From the NCBI GenBank assembly GCA_020184695.1, contig JAANOX010000068.1:124001-188000 (forward strand): 64,000 nt of DNA, in the 5' to 3' direction. Positions 21,801 through 31,658 of the stretch are shown in pieces (the stretch's first letter is position 1; each line of letters starts with the position of its first letter). The DNA comes from Histomonas meleagridis 2922-C6/04-290x (taxonomy: Eukaryota > Protista > Parabasalia). The position numbers and the translations under genes were made by a program. The notes under the pieces were generated by a model that worked only from the letters and a program-made list of their open reading frames with translations, did no database searches and was not told where the DNA came from.

Positions 21801-22588
21801 GTTCATTGTTTGATACTCTGTTATCGATTGATAATGTTCCTATTTGTTTTTTAACCATTTTACCATATTTTGATTTAGAAGAAAGTCAAATGTCGTCACT
21901 TTTAGATAAATCAGTCAAAAGCTCTCCTTTATCGTTTAACTTAAGCAACACCAATCAGACAACTGATTCTAAACCTCCATCCTATTTCAAGCTAATATCT
22001 CGTATTCAACATAACCCTAATGTCAATTATAAAAGTAAAATGCTTCGATGTTTTGGTGATAATGTATCGATGCTTGCCAAAATTCGATATGGCACCTTAG
22101 ACAAAAAAGAAATCACTGAAGTAATGAGTTCAATCCAATACACCAACTTTGAGTCGATTGAAATTTTCCACTCATTATTAGATACGATCAGTTCATATGG
22201 CTGTAATGTATTTGCTGAGACAGATATATCTGTTGTAGTGTTCCAAATCACAAAACAGTTGTGTGACCAAGCATTAACGAAGAATTTGAACTTGTTTTAT
22301 GTTGTCGATATATTTAACGAAGTCATTCAAGCATTGCCCATCGAACAAGTTACACTGTTTTTCTCGAGTAGAGATTTCTTTAAAGGTGAAAACTTTGCGG
22401 CAATTTGCGTATTGTTTAACATGTTTAAAAAATATATAATGAAAAGAAATGATAAGCCTCGACTGGAAATCATACAAATGATCTACGAGGGATCGTTGGT
22501 AAGTCAGTTGTTCGATAATAAGAAATTGGAATTGTTCAAAAATATGAACAATGAAAAATATATCCACGAAATTTTGTTGGAGAATTAA
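18848..22588 (+). CDS. Large helical (HEAT/ARM-like) hypothetical protein; 5' end uncertain
   Basis: 1246-codon open frame rich in L/I/F helical segments. The first in-frame ATG lies well downstream of the frame start. Confidence 0.7.
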   Translation: MFVQQLSSFKILEASGHYEKASKIIDGLSSLISSDVFHPNSSNYSFQFIRTIILSMIPYTDHSNNEVRTKSRTFSNHYLSIAASFCPKAVVKILSKDRSFSAYPSGQAILLTWFVNALSSIPNDRKKYIELCQDMVYHSSPAALKNVPFGFWNFLREHLTVSDLNSILIPLSHPDLSHAAAYICQIDMKNMAPRILSIASMNFVSRFISNLRVGIDQFDITCVCERVADSLQESNSSTVSGGIEVLIQLLHFLWWKLSTEESMYLAPLCYTMLRLVDTQSTLIIHKASCIEALVVASTINVFSIDDVLPFTSFDKNESSPIRQTALKISFKLLNIVSKRKEIFDLFINVTEERDPILFVLFLELFTENYDDLKYVDEELVFKLLNLSLIPLPTYYVEQNRIIKLFTKIPIKDLTDSRLKFNVNLILHEFIKKPHPTVISEIKTFIDKKNSDLYTIKISDLYWFDDNVQYSFQFINDCDPNFMIELLDSLIIPANCLPNCLKILQKHSKIIANLCVDQIIILINKCMKVMGFKERLKNVKENLIDKKWIRFKTLNNLYSLMNSLIVDSVFGKIFESLISTLISFLDYIEIDLKYIITLIDFCITISDPFCSSACKLLLQANNVFNNSKIIITDNLLIQIKKKNKMFFDSVSTEPVSIVFAGIELLGPEQTLITCHKIIKQAIINNGKIAKQFLALFSQPISEMSTLSSFAEIEKRVEMIELCKTSIQKNPDLNNQENNTPIYLRKFKFNEPKIQDGFKLHTGFVSSLYSLISFLWFSDLDLPSEMSYETIETFCIDNGQNSRLSIGFLAYSIRKNRKINIDKWCSSFALNVNDELSIISAILIFSCINCKWEDISEHVRSFINRCLKAIGATEFDDDFIYHMYTTENGVNKELIRSIISIDESHFPLIQTNSRRNEKLQDIINGLPNSIQVNPIESFSNLCYYLCDVSDFDQRPKLLIPKMKNIPEVFLYFNDLHKPQHFRSGFLRSLFDTLLSIDNVPICFLTILPYFDLEESQMSSLLDKSVKSSPLSFNLSNTNQTTDSKPPSYFKLISRIQHNPNVNYKSKMLRCFGDNVSMLAKIRYGTLDKKEITEVMSSIQYTNFESIEIFHSLLDTISSYGCNVFAETDISVVVFQITKQLCDQALTKNLNLFYVVDIFNEVIQALPIEQVTLFFSSRDFFKGENFAAICVLFNMFKKYIMKRNDKPRLEIIQMIYEGSLVSQLFDNKKLELFKNMNNEKYIHEILLEN

Positions 22589-22813
22589 ATTAGTAAAATG
22601 TTTATTTGTTTGATTGTTATTGGTGTAATATTCGAATGTTTTCAAGTTTGGTAATATTAATTGTGATGACAAGAAGATTAAAATAATATTTTTTTTATGT
22701 AAAACTAAAGAGTGCATTTATAAATTTATAATATATAATTGATGGTTTTGGGGTGCCCCATGTGTACGTTTAACTGTTACATACTGTACGTTTAAATTAA
22801 GCAACAAATATCA

Positions 22814-23785
22814 ATGATTAAGTCATCCATTGCACCAACTTCACAAATAAATCGTCCACAACCTGCGCACAGAGCACTTAGAGATGCAAGTGCACGTGCT
22901 AATGTCGGTGATCTTACAAGAAAAAGATTGAATCCTATTCACCAAAATAAGTTTAAAACAGAAAAAGTAAAACTTGAAAGAATAGGTTCGCCAGAAAGCC
23001 CACAAGATGCAACAGAATACGAACTTGAAGTTTACTTATTTATGAAACATAATGAGTTAAAGGAACTTCCATCTCCAGAATTGTTCCAGATTCAGTCCAA
23101 CATTACACCACGAATGCGTTCAACAGTTATTGATTGGCTTGTTGATGTTCACAGGAAGATGAAAATGCATACAGATACATTATATTTAACTGTTTATCTT
23201 ATTGATAGATACCTCTCTAAATTTGATCTCGATAAGTCAAAATTTCAACGGCTTGGATGTGCAGCTCTCCTTATTGCATCTAAAAATTATGAGATATATC
23301 CACCGTCAATTGATGACTTGGTTGAACTTGCGGACAAATCTTTCACACGTACAGCACTAATAAGAATGGAGGCATCTTTGTTTGCATGCAATGATTTTCA
23401 TGTTGACCCAATCTTATCATCAATGTTTTTGAAAAGGTATCTCCGACTTATTTCACCTGAATCAAAAACATCAATGCTTGCATACTTTATAAGCGAAACA
23501 GCACTATTATATCCAGATTTTATTGGTGAGGTTCCATCTAAACTTGCAGCAGCATCTGTTTGTTTGGCAATGGTAATCACCGAAGGTCAAAGTCAATGGG
23601 ATCGTTATCTCGAAATAAACACTGGTTATAAATTGAGTGATATATCTCAATTAGCACAGAAACTTGCACAAGCAGTTGTTACTTCAACAACATCGCGATT
23701 CCAGGCGATTAGAAAGAAGTATGCAAACCAGCAAATGGAGAGTGTAAGTTTGATACAAATTCCGGAATCATTAAGAATATTCTAA
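22814..23785 (+). CDS. Cyclin (A/B-type cyclin box)
   Basis: ITPRMRSTVIDWLVDVH, TLYLTVYLIDRYLS, FQRLGCAALLIASKNYEIYPPS. Confidence 0.93.
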   Translation: MIKSSIAPTSQINRPQPAHRALRDASARANVGDLTRKRLNPIHQNKFKTEKVKLERIGSPESPQDATEYELEVYLFMKHNELKELPSPELFQIQSNITPRMRSTVIDWLVDVHRKMKMHTDTLYLTVYLIDRYLSKFDLDKSKFQRLGCAALLIASKNYEIYPPSIDDLVELADKSFTRTALIRMEASLFACNDFHVDPILSSMFLKRYLRLISPESKTSMLAYFISETALLYPDFIGEVPSKLAAASVCLAMVITEGQSQWDRYLEINTGYKLSDISQLAQKLAQAVVTSTTSRFQAIRKKYANQQMESVSLIQIPESLRIF

Positions 23786-24040
23786 AAAGTATTTTGTGAA
23801 ATCTTTAAACTGATATTTCAATTAATATAACTTCAAGTTTTTTAATGTATTTGTGAATATTTAAAAGTATATTCTATTAAATCTAATTTTTATTTATAAT
23901 TCGTGAATTATTTTCAAACACATACCACGCCAAATAAAGCAATACTCATTAATAATTAAAAATGTTTGTTATGTGAATTACTGATTTATTATTAAATTGT
24001 ATATCATGAGGTTTTAAAAAATTTTGCAAATTTCTTTTTC

Positions 24041-24624
24041 TTATTTTTTCCTTTTATTTTTTAATTTTGTGTAATGTTTGATTGTAAGTTTCAAAATTTT
24101 ATCCAGATTATATTTTGTTTTTGAACAACACTCGATATAAGCAGATGCTCTGATTTCGTTTGCCTTCAATATCCCGTCTTCCGAAGGAACTATTCCTTGA
24201 AAAAATATATCTTTAGGATTTGGTTCGTCTCTGAGATCGTATTTCGTTCCAATCAAAAGAATAGGTACTTCAGGGCAATATCTTTTTACCTCTGGAACCC
24301 AATAGCTTGAAACTCTTTCTAATGACCTTGGATCGACAAGAGAAAAGCAAATCAGAAGAACGCCTGTATTTGGATAATTAAGGGGCCTGATTTTCCAGTA
24401 CTCTTCAGGCCCATCATCCAAATCCCAGATGTTTAGTTTCATGTGTTTTCTTTTATAAATTACTTGCTTTTGAATAACCTCATCCCTTGTTGAATTTAGG
24501 GTTAAATCATCTTCGAATTCTCCAGTTTTATAAGTATTCACTAAAGATGTCTTACCAACTCCATTATCTCCAACAATGCAAACTTTTATTACGTTATCTT
24601 CATCTTTTTTTTTTTTTTTTGCAT
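24041..24624 (-). CDS. Rho/Rac-family small GTPase; ATG offset by an A16 run
   Basis: GDNGVGKTSL, WDLDDGPEEYWKIRPLNYP, GTKYDLR and YIECCSK; no CAAX (ends KNKRKK). The nearest ATG (24624) is followed by C+A16 and is one base out of frame. Confidence 0.85.
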
Positions 24625-24643
24625 TTACCAAAAAGTGTAATCT

Positions 24644-24674
24644 ATCGTTTTCCCCATTTTATGGGGAAAACGAT
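24644..24674. other. Perfect 14-bp hairpin upstream of the Rho gene
   Basis: ATCGTTTTCCCCAT-TTT-ATGGGGAAAACGAT. Confidence 0.8.
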
Positions 24675-25214
24675 TAAAACTAACTCAATCGAATGTATGT
24701 GGAAAAATAGATGATTCATCTTGAAAATAATGAATGATTAAAAAAATTAATCACATTTTTTAGATCATAATTTTAAAAAATTATTGATTTAATAAAAATT
24801 ATTAAAGATATTCGAACTTAAAATGGATTTATTTTTAATGATTAAAAAATCGGAAGTTTTTTTAAAAACATTCTGTTCGCACTGGGTTGTTATGCGATAC
24901 TTTCGAAAATGGGCATCGGCTAGTTGCACATTTGTATACTTGTTAGATAATCAATTCACGTAAATTTATGTGCCTCAGTGAGCAAAGATCTTCAAGATGA
25001 AAAACACTAACTATCAAGAATGAAAGAGATTTATATAATATTATATCAATTGACTTTTACATTAATAATTTTTTAATTATTTTAAATTAAAAATAATTAA
25101 TCTTTTAGTTTTTCGTTGTTCTATTTTTTTCAAATTGTTTTATTTCTGCAATATTTATTCGAATTTTGGACGATAGAATCTGATGTATGAATTACCATTC
25201 AATATTTGAATGGA

Positions 25215-25242
25215 AACGGTTTCTAATGGTCGATTCACTTTT
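25215..25242 (+). promoter_or_regulatory. Trichomonad-type core promoter (M3-like AACGGTT plus Inr TCACT)
   Basis: AACGGTT at 25215 and TCACTTTT at 25235 lie just upstream of ATG 25247. Similar AACGG/CCGTT and TCACTTTT/AAAAGTGA motifs occur near several other gene starts (e.g. 4577, 17954, 36945, 57921). Confidence 0.6.
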
Positions 25243-25246
25243 TTGC

Positions 25247-27274
25247 ATGCAAGTAACAGTATCAGCAGAGCATCCTTCACAACTTGTCTCAGTTGTTTTT
25301 TACTATGCTCAACGTGCAACTTCCATTAAACTCATTAATGGAAATGTAGAAGAATCAACACTCAAGATTCCAAATGGCGAACCAATTGTTGGCGATTCAA
25401 ATATTGCATCATATCTTTGTTCAACACTCAACTTACCAATATATCCAGAAGCACATCGCGCAGAGATTGATCAATATCTTTCTGATTATCCATCATATCA
25501 AATCGGTATCATCAACAATCTCTTAACATATCGCTCTTTCCTTGTTGGTGATGTTTTTACTGTTGCCGATATTGCTGTTTATAGCTGTCTTCCAGCCACA
25601 ATTCCACAAGGTCTTTTCCGCCTTAAGCGTTGGGCCAATTTCATCTCAATCCAAGACACAATCAAACGTTTCAAGGCATCAAGCGCACCAAAGAAGGGAA
25701 ATGCCAATCAAAAGAAGAAGGGAAATGCCAATTTACAAAATGTTTGCACACGTTTCGCTCCAGAGCCAAGTGGTTATCTTCACATTGGTCACGCAAAGGC
25801 TGCACTTGCATCAGAACAATTTGCACGTGATCATAATGGAACATTTGTTCTTCGATTTGATGATACAAATCCACGTAACGAATCTAAAGAATTCGAAGAG
25901 AAGATTCTCGCTGATGTTGCCCTTCTTGATCTTCATCCAGATCGTATTGAACGCACATCAGATTTCATTCCAAAGATATTCGAAATAATCAAAAAGATGT
26001 TCGAAGATGGACTTGCATTTGTCGATGATACACCTGTCGAGAAGATCCAAGAGCTTCGTTCAGCTCTCCAACCATCTCCAAATCGTGATAATACTCCAGA
26101 AAGAAATCTCGAATTATGGGAAGAAATGCTCAAAGGTACAGAAAAAGGAAAATCTTGCGTTGCTCGTGCTAAGATCGACTATAAGAACACTAATGGATGC
26201 CTTCGTGATCCAGTTATTGCAAGATGCATCATCGTCGAAGGCCAAGAAAACAAATGCCCTGTATACCCAACATATGATATCGCTTGCCCAATCGTAGATT
26301 CAACTGTTGGTATTACTCATGCAATGAGATCTTGGGAATATACTGATCGCGATCATCAATACAGATGGTTCATCAAGAACTTGAAGCTTCGTCCAGTCGA
26401 AATCGTAAGCTTCTCAAGACTTTCATTCAATAGAACAGTTCTTGGAAAGAGATATCTTCGTAGACTCGTTCAAGAAGGTAAGGCTTCTGGATGGGATGAT
26501 CCACGCTTCCCGACAGTTCGTGGATTAAGACGCCGTGGCCTTCAACCATCAACCATTCGACAATTCTGCAAAGATCAAGGTGCATCATGCAACCAAAATG
26601 TCCATGATTGGGATAAGATTTGGGCTATGAACCGTGATATCATTTCCAAGACATGCCCAAGAGTTATGTCCGTTTCTGTTGAAGAAAAGGTTGAAATGAG
26701 AATTAATGGTGCAAAAGAAGGAGAAGTTGATGCACCAATTCTTCCTACTGACCCATCCAAAGGAACAAGAAAGCTTCCAATTGCACCAGTTGTTTACACA
26801 ACACAATTTGACGCCAAGTCCATCAAAGTTGGCGAAAAAGTGACACTTTTACACTGGGGGAACGTTATCATTGACAAAATTGAAATGGACGGCGAGAACG
26901 TTAAGTTGGTTGAAGCACATCTTGTTGAAGATAAGAATTATAAGGGAACTTTGAAGATCAATTGGATTGTTCCTGAAAAGGCTGTTACAATTATAATGAG
27001 AGAATGGAATCATTTACTCAAAGTTAACCAACTTTCAGAAGGCGTTGACGTAATCGACGCATTGTCTGATGTCCCATACGCTGATACTGAAATCATGTGC
27101 GACGCCTCAATCAAAGATGCACAAAAGGGTCAAATATTCCAACTTGAAAGACGTGGTGAAATAATCGTTGATGAACCTGGAGAGAAAGCAATGACATTCT
27201 ACATTCCAACAGGAAAAGTTGCTCCAATTTCATTACCAATTAAGATCCAATTATTTGGTGATAACAAGCAATAA
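25247..27274 (+). CDS. EARS: Glutamyl-tRNA synthetase, eukaryotic type with N-terminal GST-like domain
   Basis: TRFAPEPSGYLHIGHAKA (HIGH motif), RFDDTNP, YPTYDIACPIVDS, THAMRS, VLGKRYL, GWDDPRFPTVRG. ATG 25247 preferred because of the Inr. Confidence 0.93.
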   Translation: MQVTVSAEHPSQLVSVVFYYAQRATSIKLINGNVEESTLKIPNGEPIVGDSNIASYLCSTLNLPIYPEAHRAEIDQYLSDYPSYQIGIINNLLTYRSFLVGDVFTVADIAVYSCLPATIPQGLFRLKRWANFISIQDTIKRFKASSAPKKGNANQKKKGNANLQNVCTRFAPEPSGYLHIGHAKAALASEQFARDHNGTFVLRFDDTNPRNESKEFEEKILADVALLDLHPDRIERTSDFIPKIFEIIKKMFEDGLAFVDDTPVEKIQELRSALQPSPNRDNTPERNLELWEEMLKGTEKGKSCVARAKIDYKNTNGCLRDPVIARCIIVEGQENKCPVYPTYDIACPIVDSTVGITHAMRSWEYTDRDHQYRWFIKNLKLRPVEIVSFSRLSFNRTVLGKRYLRRLVQEGKASGWDDPRFPTVRGLRRRGLQPSTIRQFCKDQGASCNQNVHDWDKIWAMNRDIISKTCPRVMSVSVEEKVEMRINGAKEGEVDAPILPTDPSKGTRKLPIAPVVYTTQFDAKSIKVGEKVTLLHWGNVIIDKIEMDGENVKLVEAHLVEDKNYKGTLKINWIVPEKAVTIIMREWNHLLKVNQLSEGVDVIDALSDVPYADTEIMCDASIKDAQKGQIFQLERRGEIIVDEPGEKAMTFYIPTGKVAPISLPIKIQLFGDNKQ

Positions 27275-27585
27275 ATAAAATCCTCAATATAACCTTTTCT
27301 TTCAAACATTGTGGTTTTTTATGCTGAAGAGATTTGTGTTTCGAATTAGAACTGCTTCAACATTCAGTTAAATAAAATATTTGTATTTTTGACTAAGTCT
27401 GTCTGCTGCACCGCAAATTTTTACAATTTGGGGGTTTTTGGAGCGAAATCTGGCAGTTTGACCTCAGAATTCCAAAAAAACGAACAGCCTTTTGAATGAA
27501 TGTTCAAGGAAAAACGACAACGTAAACAACAGAATTTGATTATGGGTTAAAGAAATAACCGATAAAACACCAAAACACTTGGAGC

Positions 27586-28563
27586 ATGGATCTTGCTGCA
27601 GAAGAAGAATTTTCCAGAACATCCATCAAGCTGACATTTGTTGGACCACGACATGTTGGTAAATCAACTTTTGTTACAGCTTTACAAACAGCGCAATTTG
27701 TTCCCAATCTTCCACCAGTCGTTGAAAAATATTTTATAGAATACCAATATAAAGAAGTTGAATACAATTTATACATATGGGATACCCCATCAGACAATGA
27801 ACCTCTTCGTGTGCAAATGTATCCATTCACCAATGTTTTTTTGCTTTGTTTTTCAGTTGTTGATACAAATTCATTTAATGATGCTTTGCAAAATTGGGTT
27901 CCTGCCCTACAGTCTTATCCTCATAATTTTGAAAAAATCATTATTGCAGTTGGCATGCAAGAAGATTTAAGGCAAGAGTTTGGTGACCAGGCTGTTTCCA
28001 CGAAAAATGCCAAAAAAGCCTTTAAATCCAAAGGCATTAAGTATATTGAGTGTTCATCATATCAACCGAATACACTTCACAAAGTCATTCGAAAGGCTCT
28101 TGACGTCCTTAACAAAGATGACGAAAGTAGTAGTAGTAGCAGTGATAGTAATGGTCATCATCACCACCATGCAGGTGGAGGCGGCAATGTAAGTTACAGC
28201 GGTGGCGATACTTTTGTTTGTGCTCCAATTATAGTTGATGCAACTCCACCACCACCACCAATGCCTCCACAGCATCAAACAACAACAACAACTTCTGGCG
28301 GATTCGGCACGAGTGGCGGTGGTGGCGAAAACATTAATGGCGGTGGTGACTGCTGCGATTGCAATTGCAATGGATGCGGTGGTTGTAATTGCAATGGATG
28401 TGGTGATTGTAAATGCGAATGCTGCAGTTGTTGTAGTTGTTGCAGTGGTTGCTGCAGTAGCTGTTGTAGCTGCGGAAGCTGTGATTGTGGTGGATGCGAC
28501 TGTGACTGCGGTGGCTGTGATTGCGGAGGATGCGATTGCGGCGGAGGCTGTGACTTAAGCTAA
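27586..28563 (+). CDS. Atypical Rho-family GTPase with His/Pro/Gly linker and Cys-rich tail
   Basis: GPRHVGKST, WDTPS, LRVQMYPFTNVFLLCFSV, GMQEDLR, YIECSS. These are followed by S6, H5, P5 and a ~70-aa tail with 31 Cys ending CDLS*. Confidence 0.85.
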   Translation: MDLAAEEEFSRTSIKLTFVGPRHVGKSTFVTALQTAQFVPNLPPVVEKYFIEYQYKEVEYNLYIWDTPSDNEPLRVQMYPFTNVFLLCFSVVDTNSFNDALQNWVPALQSYPHNFEKIIIAVGMQEDLRQEFGDQAVSTKNAKKAFKSKGIKYIECSSYQPNTLHKVIRKALDVLNKDDESSSSSSDSNGHHHHHAGGGGNVSYSGGDTFVCAPIIVDATPPPPPMPPQHQTTTTTSGGFGTSGGGGENINGGGDCCDCNCNGCGGCNCNGCGDCKCECCSCCSCCSGCCSSCCSCGSCDCGGCDCDCGGCDCGGCDCGGGCDLS

Positions 28564-28660
28564 TAAATTTATTTCGAATTCGTAAAAAATACTTTTTTCG
28601 TTATAATGTTCAAATAATATGAAATGTACACATGTGATATTTTACTTAGTAAGAATTTCA

Positions 28661-29398
28661 TTACATATCAGATGATGAATCTGAATCACTATCAAAAATT
28701 GGTGTAAAGTTTGCTCGACGCGTTGTCATCGTTCGGCTGAGAGATTGGTTAATGCATTCTTTGCTTTCATTGCGCTTTAAACTTGATTTGAAACTATGAT
28801 CAATTTTGTTCCGAGCTGTTATGGCTTCAATGTCAGGACGTGATGGCTTGATTACAGTGTTTCGATGTACTTGTTTAAGTTGGATACTGTTTTGTTTTTG
28901 TGATTCAATGGGAGCTGAATGTGATTTGTGAGTAGTTTTTGGATTATTGGATGGTTTTAACTCAGTGTTTGAAACACACTTATTACTTGAGTTATTAACT
29001 TTAGCATTTTGTTCTTCCTGTTTTTTAATTTGGTTGAATTGTTTTTGAAGAATATCAATTTCTTTCTTTTCAACATCAACTTTTTTCTTTTCGAATATAC
29101 GTTCAATAGAAGCAGACCTCCTTTGGGAACTTCTATTAACAGATGACTTTCTTGAATGAGAATGTGATTTCTTATTTTTGGTTGATTTCATTTCGGTACG
29201 AAGGATTGAATTTGCTATATCTAGATTTTCTCCTCCTCTTACAAACTTGATTGGTGCAATATGTTGTTGGTGATTGTCACAATGAAGGCGACTACGCATT
29301 TTATTTTTTTGCTTAACGTACAGTGACATAAATTGATAGCAAACGTCTTTCGGGCATGCCCAAAACCATTTTTGAGCAGTTTTTTGTAAATATGTCAA
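28661..29398 (-). CDS. Hypothetical basic, Ser-rich protein
   Basis: 245-aa ATG ORF divergent from the bromodomain gene. Confidence 0.7.
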   Translation of the reverse strand: MTYLQKTAQKWFWACPKDVCYQFMSLYVKQKNKMRSRLHCDNHQQHIAPIKFVRGGENLDIANSILRTEMKSTKNKKSHSHSRKSSVNRSSQRRSASIERIFEKKKVDVEKKEIDILQKQFNQIKKQEEQNAKVNNSSNKCVSNTELKPSNNPKTTHKSHSAPIESQKQNSIQLKQVHRNTVIKPSRPDIEAITARNKIDHSFKSSLKRNESKECINQSLSRTMTTRRANFTPIFDSDSDSSSDM

Positions 29399-29440
29399 AT
29401 TTAGACATCAGAATTGTGTGTCTTTTAATCGTTATATTAA

Positions 29441-29914
29441 ATGGCGGATGTTCTTCCTGCACTTTCTCAATTTCAAAAGAATTGGTGTTTACATGTAATG
29501 GATAAACTTGAAAAAAAGCGTATTGCAGATCCTTTTAAACATAACTCTGAATCAGAACAAACAAAAGGATTTTATTCCGAAAAAGACAATATTAATCTTG
29601 AAATTATCAGAAATAAACTAATTGAAGGCAAGTATGATACAGTAATTCAGTTCGGATGTGATGTTCGTCAAGTTTTTTATAATGCTTTATTAATGTATCC
29701 TCCAACTGATCATAAATATATTATGGCACACGAGCTTCAGTGTTGGTTTGAAAAAAGATTTAAAAACTTCCCAAGAACGGCACAGGAAAAGTGGTATATG
29801 AAACTTGAGAAAACAAGAAAAAAAATACGCAAATTACTCGAAGACCCACCTTCAATGGATCCACCCAAAATAGAAACGCCACAAAAGGAAGCAAACCCTG
29901 CTGACAAAAGATAA
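29441..29914 (+). CDS. Bromodomain protein
   Basis: IADPF...INLEIIRNKLIEGKY...FGCDVRQVFYNALLMYPP; the usual acetyl-lysine-binding Asn is not evident. Confidence 0.85.
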   Translation: MADVLPALSQFQKNWCLHVMDKLEKKRIADPFKHNSESEQTKGFYSEKDNINLEIIRNKLIEGKYDTVIQFGCDVRQVFYNALLMYPPTDHKYIMAHELQCWFEKRFKNFPRTAQEKWYMKLEKTRKKIRKLLEDPPSMDPPKIETPQKEANPADKR

Positions 29915-30287
29915 ATTACATATTACTAATTAGAATTATGATTAATAAATACACATTTTGTTTTTTAAATCCAAATTCAAGCTAACGTGTATCAGTTAAT
30001 AAGCTTTTTTAATTTTTTGTAAAGTGTAATGTTTTAATAGCTCGATCTAAGTTGATACACATCATTAAAATTAATTTGTTTATTGCAAATTCTTCACTCA
30101 TGCATACAAAAGTGAACATGCCATTGGTTTACGCGTGGTTAACCACAAGGTTTAATTGATCTTTTTGCAAATTTAATTGTTGAAACAAAAAAATTATTAA
30201 TTTGTTATTCAAAATCACTAAGTACAAGAAATTGTTTTTCTTAAGGATTAATTTTTAGAAATCAAAAAAGGTTTTTCAATAAATATC

Positions 30288-30542
30288 TTATTTGTTTTTC
30301 AGTTCTTGAAGCCGAGCTTCTAACTGTTCTACTTCTTGACGGAGTGAAGCATTTTTAGCCTTGAGCTCTTCAACATTTACGCCTTCTGGATTTCCGAGAT
30401 GATCTTTGACGTATTGAAGTGGATCAATAGATTCATCAAAATTGTCATAAAGGTGAGCTAGGACCTTTGTAATTGAGTCAAACATTCCACTGTCTTCTAA
30501 ATATTTGCGAAATGCTTCTTTTTTGCCGTCTTGCCGAGCCAT
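30288..30542 (-). CDS. MYCBP: c-Myc-binding protein (AMY-1) homolog
   Basis: KKEAFRKYLEDSGMFDSITKVLAHLY...DPLQYVKDHLG plus a C-terminal coiled coil. Confidence 0.85.
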   Translation of the reverse strand: MARQDGKKEAFRKYLEDSGMFDSITKVLAHLYDNFDESIDPLQYVKDHLGNPEGVNVEELKAKNASLRQEVEQLEARLQELKNK

Positions 30543-30839
30543 TTTTATATGAAAAGTGTTGAATCCGTTTATATTTTACATCGGATGTAAAAGAATTATT
30601 CCAGTCTAACATTTATTGTTCTTTAAGTTTTGTTGATTAATACGAATTAGGGGTTCGAAAAAATTTTAGCTGAGTATAATATATTTAATATTTTACAATA
30701 CATCTAGTGATGAAGTTTGATTGATCGTGGAAAGTTACAATTTCTTGAATGAGAAAAAAATTATTATCATATATAAATTTAATTAAAAATTCATGATAAA
30801 AAAAATTAAATCTAATTTCATTCGTTTATTTTACAAATT

Positions 30840-31436
30840 TCATGATGAAAGCGATGAGATTAAGAAATCTTCAATATCAGTTGGGTACTTAAAGAAAGAA
30901 AACAAAAACCTTTTATGGATAATTTCAGGGGTAAAGATAATTAGATTGATGAAAATTAATCCGAGAAAGAAATCACCAAGAGCACGCATAAAGTAAAAGG
31001 AAAGGGATAAAAATAGAATAGAAATGCTTATGTCGACAAAAGAAGAACGGATAGAATTTACAATAAATGTTTTGAATTTCTGAATAAGAAAATGAGAAAT
31101 GGTGAGGAAAGCAGAAATCTTCTCAATAGAATTTGAGTTTTCGGGTTTGGGTTCTTTGTATAATTTTTGAGAAATCGAACTAAATTTCCGTAATAAATTT
31201 GTGGGAAAAGATGGAAAGTTTATCATGATGATATAACAAATTATTAACATGGCTATAAAAGGAATCTTAATTGAAGCTATTAAAAAGTATAAGAAATTTA
31301 TTGCAATAATGAAAATAATAGAATATTTTTTGTTCCAAAACATAAAAGGCGCCTGCAAGTAAAGGACATCATTAGCATGTGACTTGAGAAAATTATGGAT
31401 TGAGTAGTGTTCTCTTTGTAATCTTTCTTTTTCCAT
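30840..31436 (-). CDS. Reticulon-like membrane protein
   Basis: Two long hydrophobic hairpin-length segments separated by a ~60-aa loop. Confidence 0.5.
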   Translation of the reverse strand: MEKERLQREHYSIHNFLKSHANDVLYLQAPFMFWNKKYSIIFIIAINFLYFLIASIKIPFIAMLIICYIIMINFPSFPTNLLRKFSSISQKLYKEPKPENSNSIEKISAFLTISHFLIQKFKTFIVNSIRSSFVDISISILFLSLSFYFMRALGDFFLGLIFINLIIFTPEIIHKRFLFSFFKYPTDIEDFLISSLSS

Positions 31437-31658
31437 TTAGCCTGTTTAACGGTCGTATGCAGAAACATACATTTATGATTCAATAAATCGTATTTCATTA
31501 TTTAAAATACATCTGTATCATATGCATGTACGTTTTTCTAGAGAAGCTCAGTGAATAAAAGTTTATACTTGATTATCAACAATAAATTATTTCCAAATAT
31601 AAATGTTTTTGTATACCTTGCACTCACTCATCAAGTAGATATGTGTTATTAAAAAATG

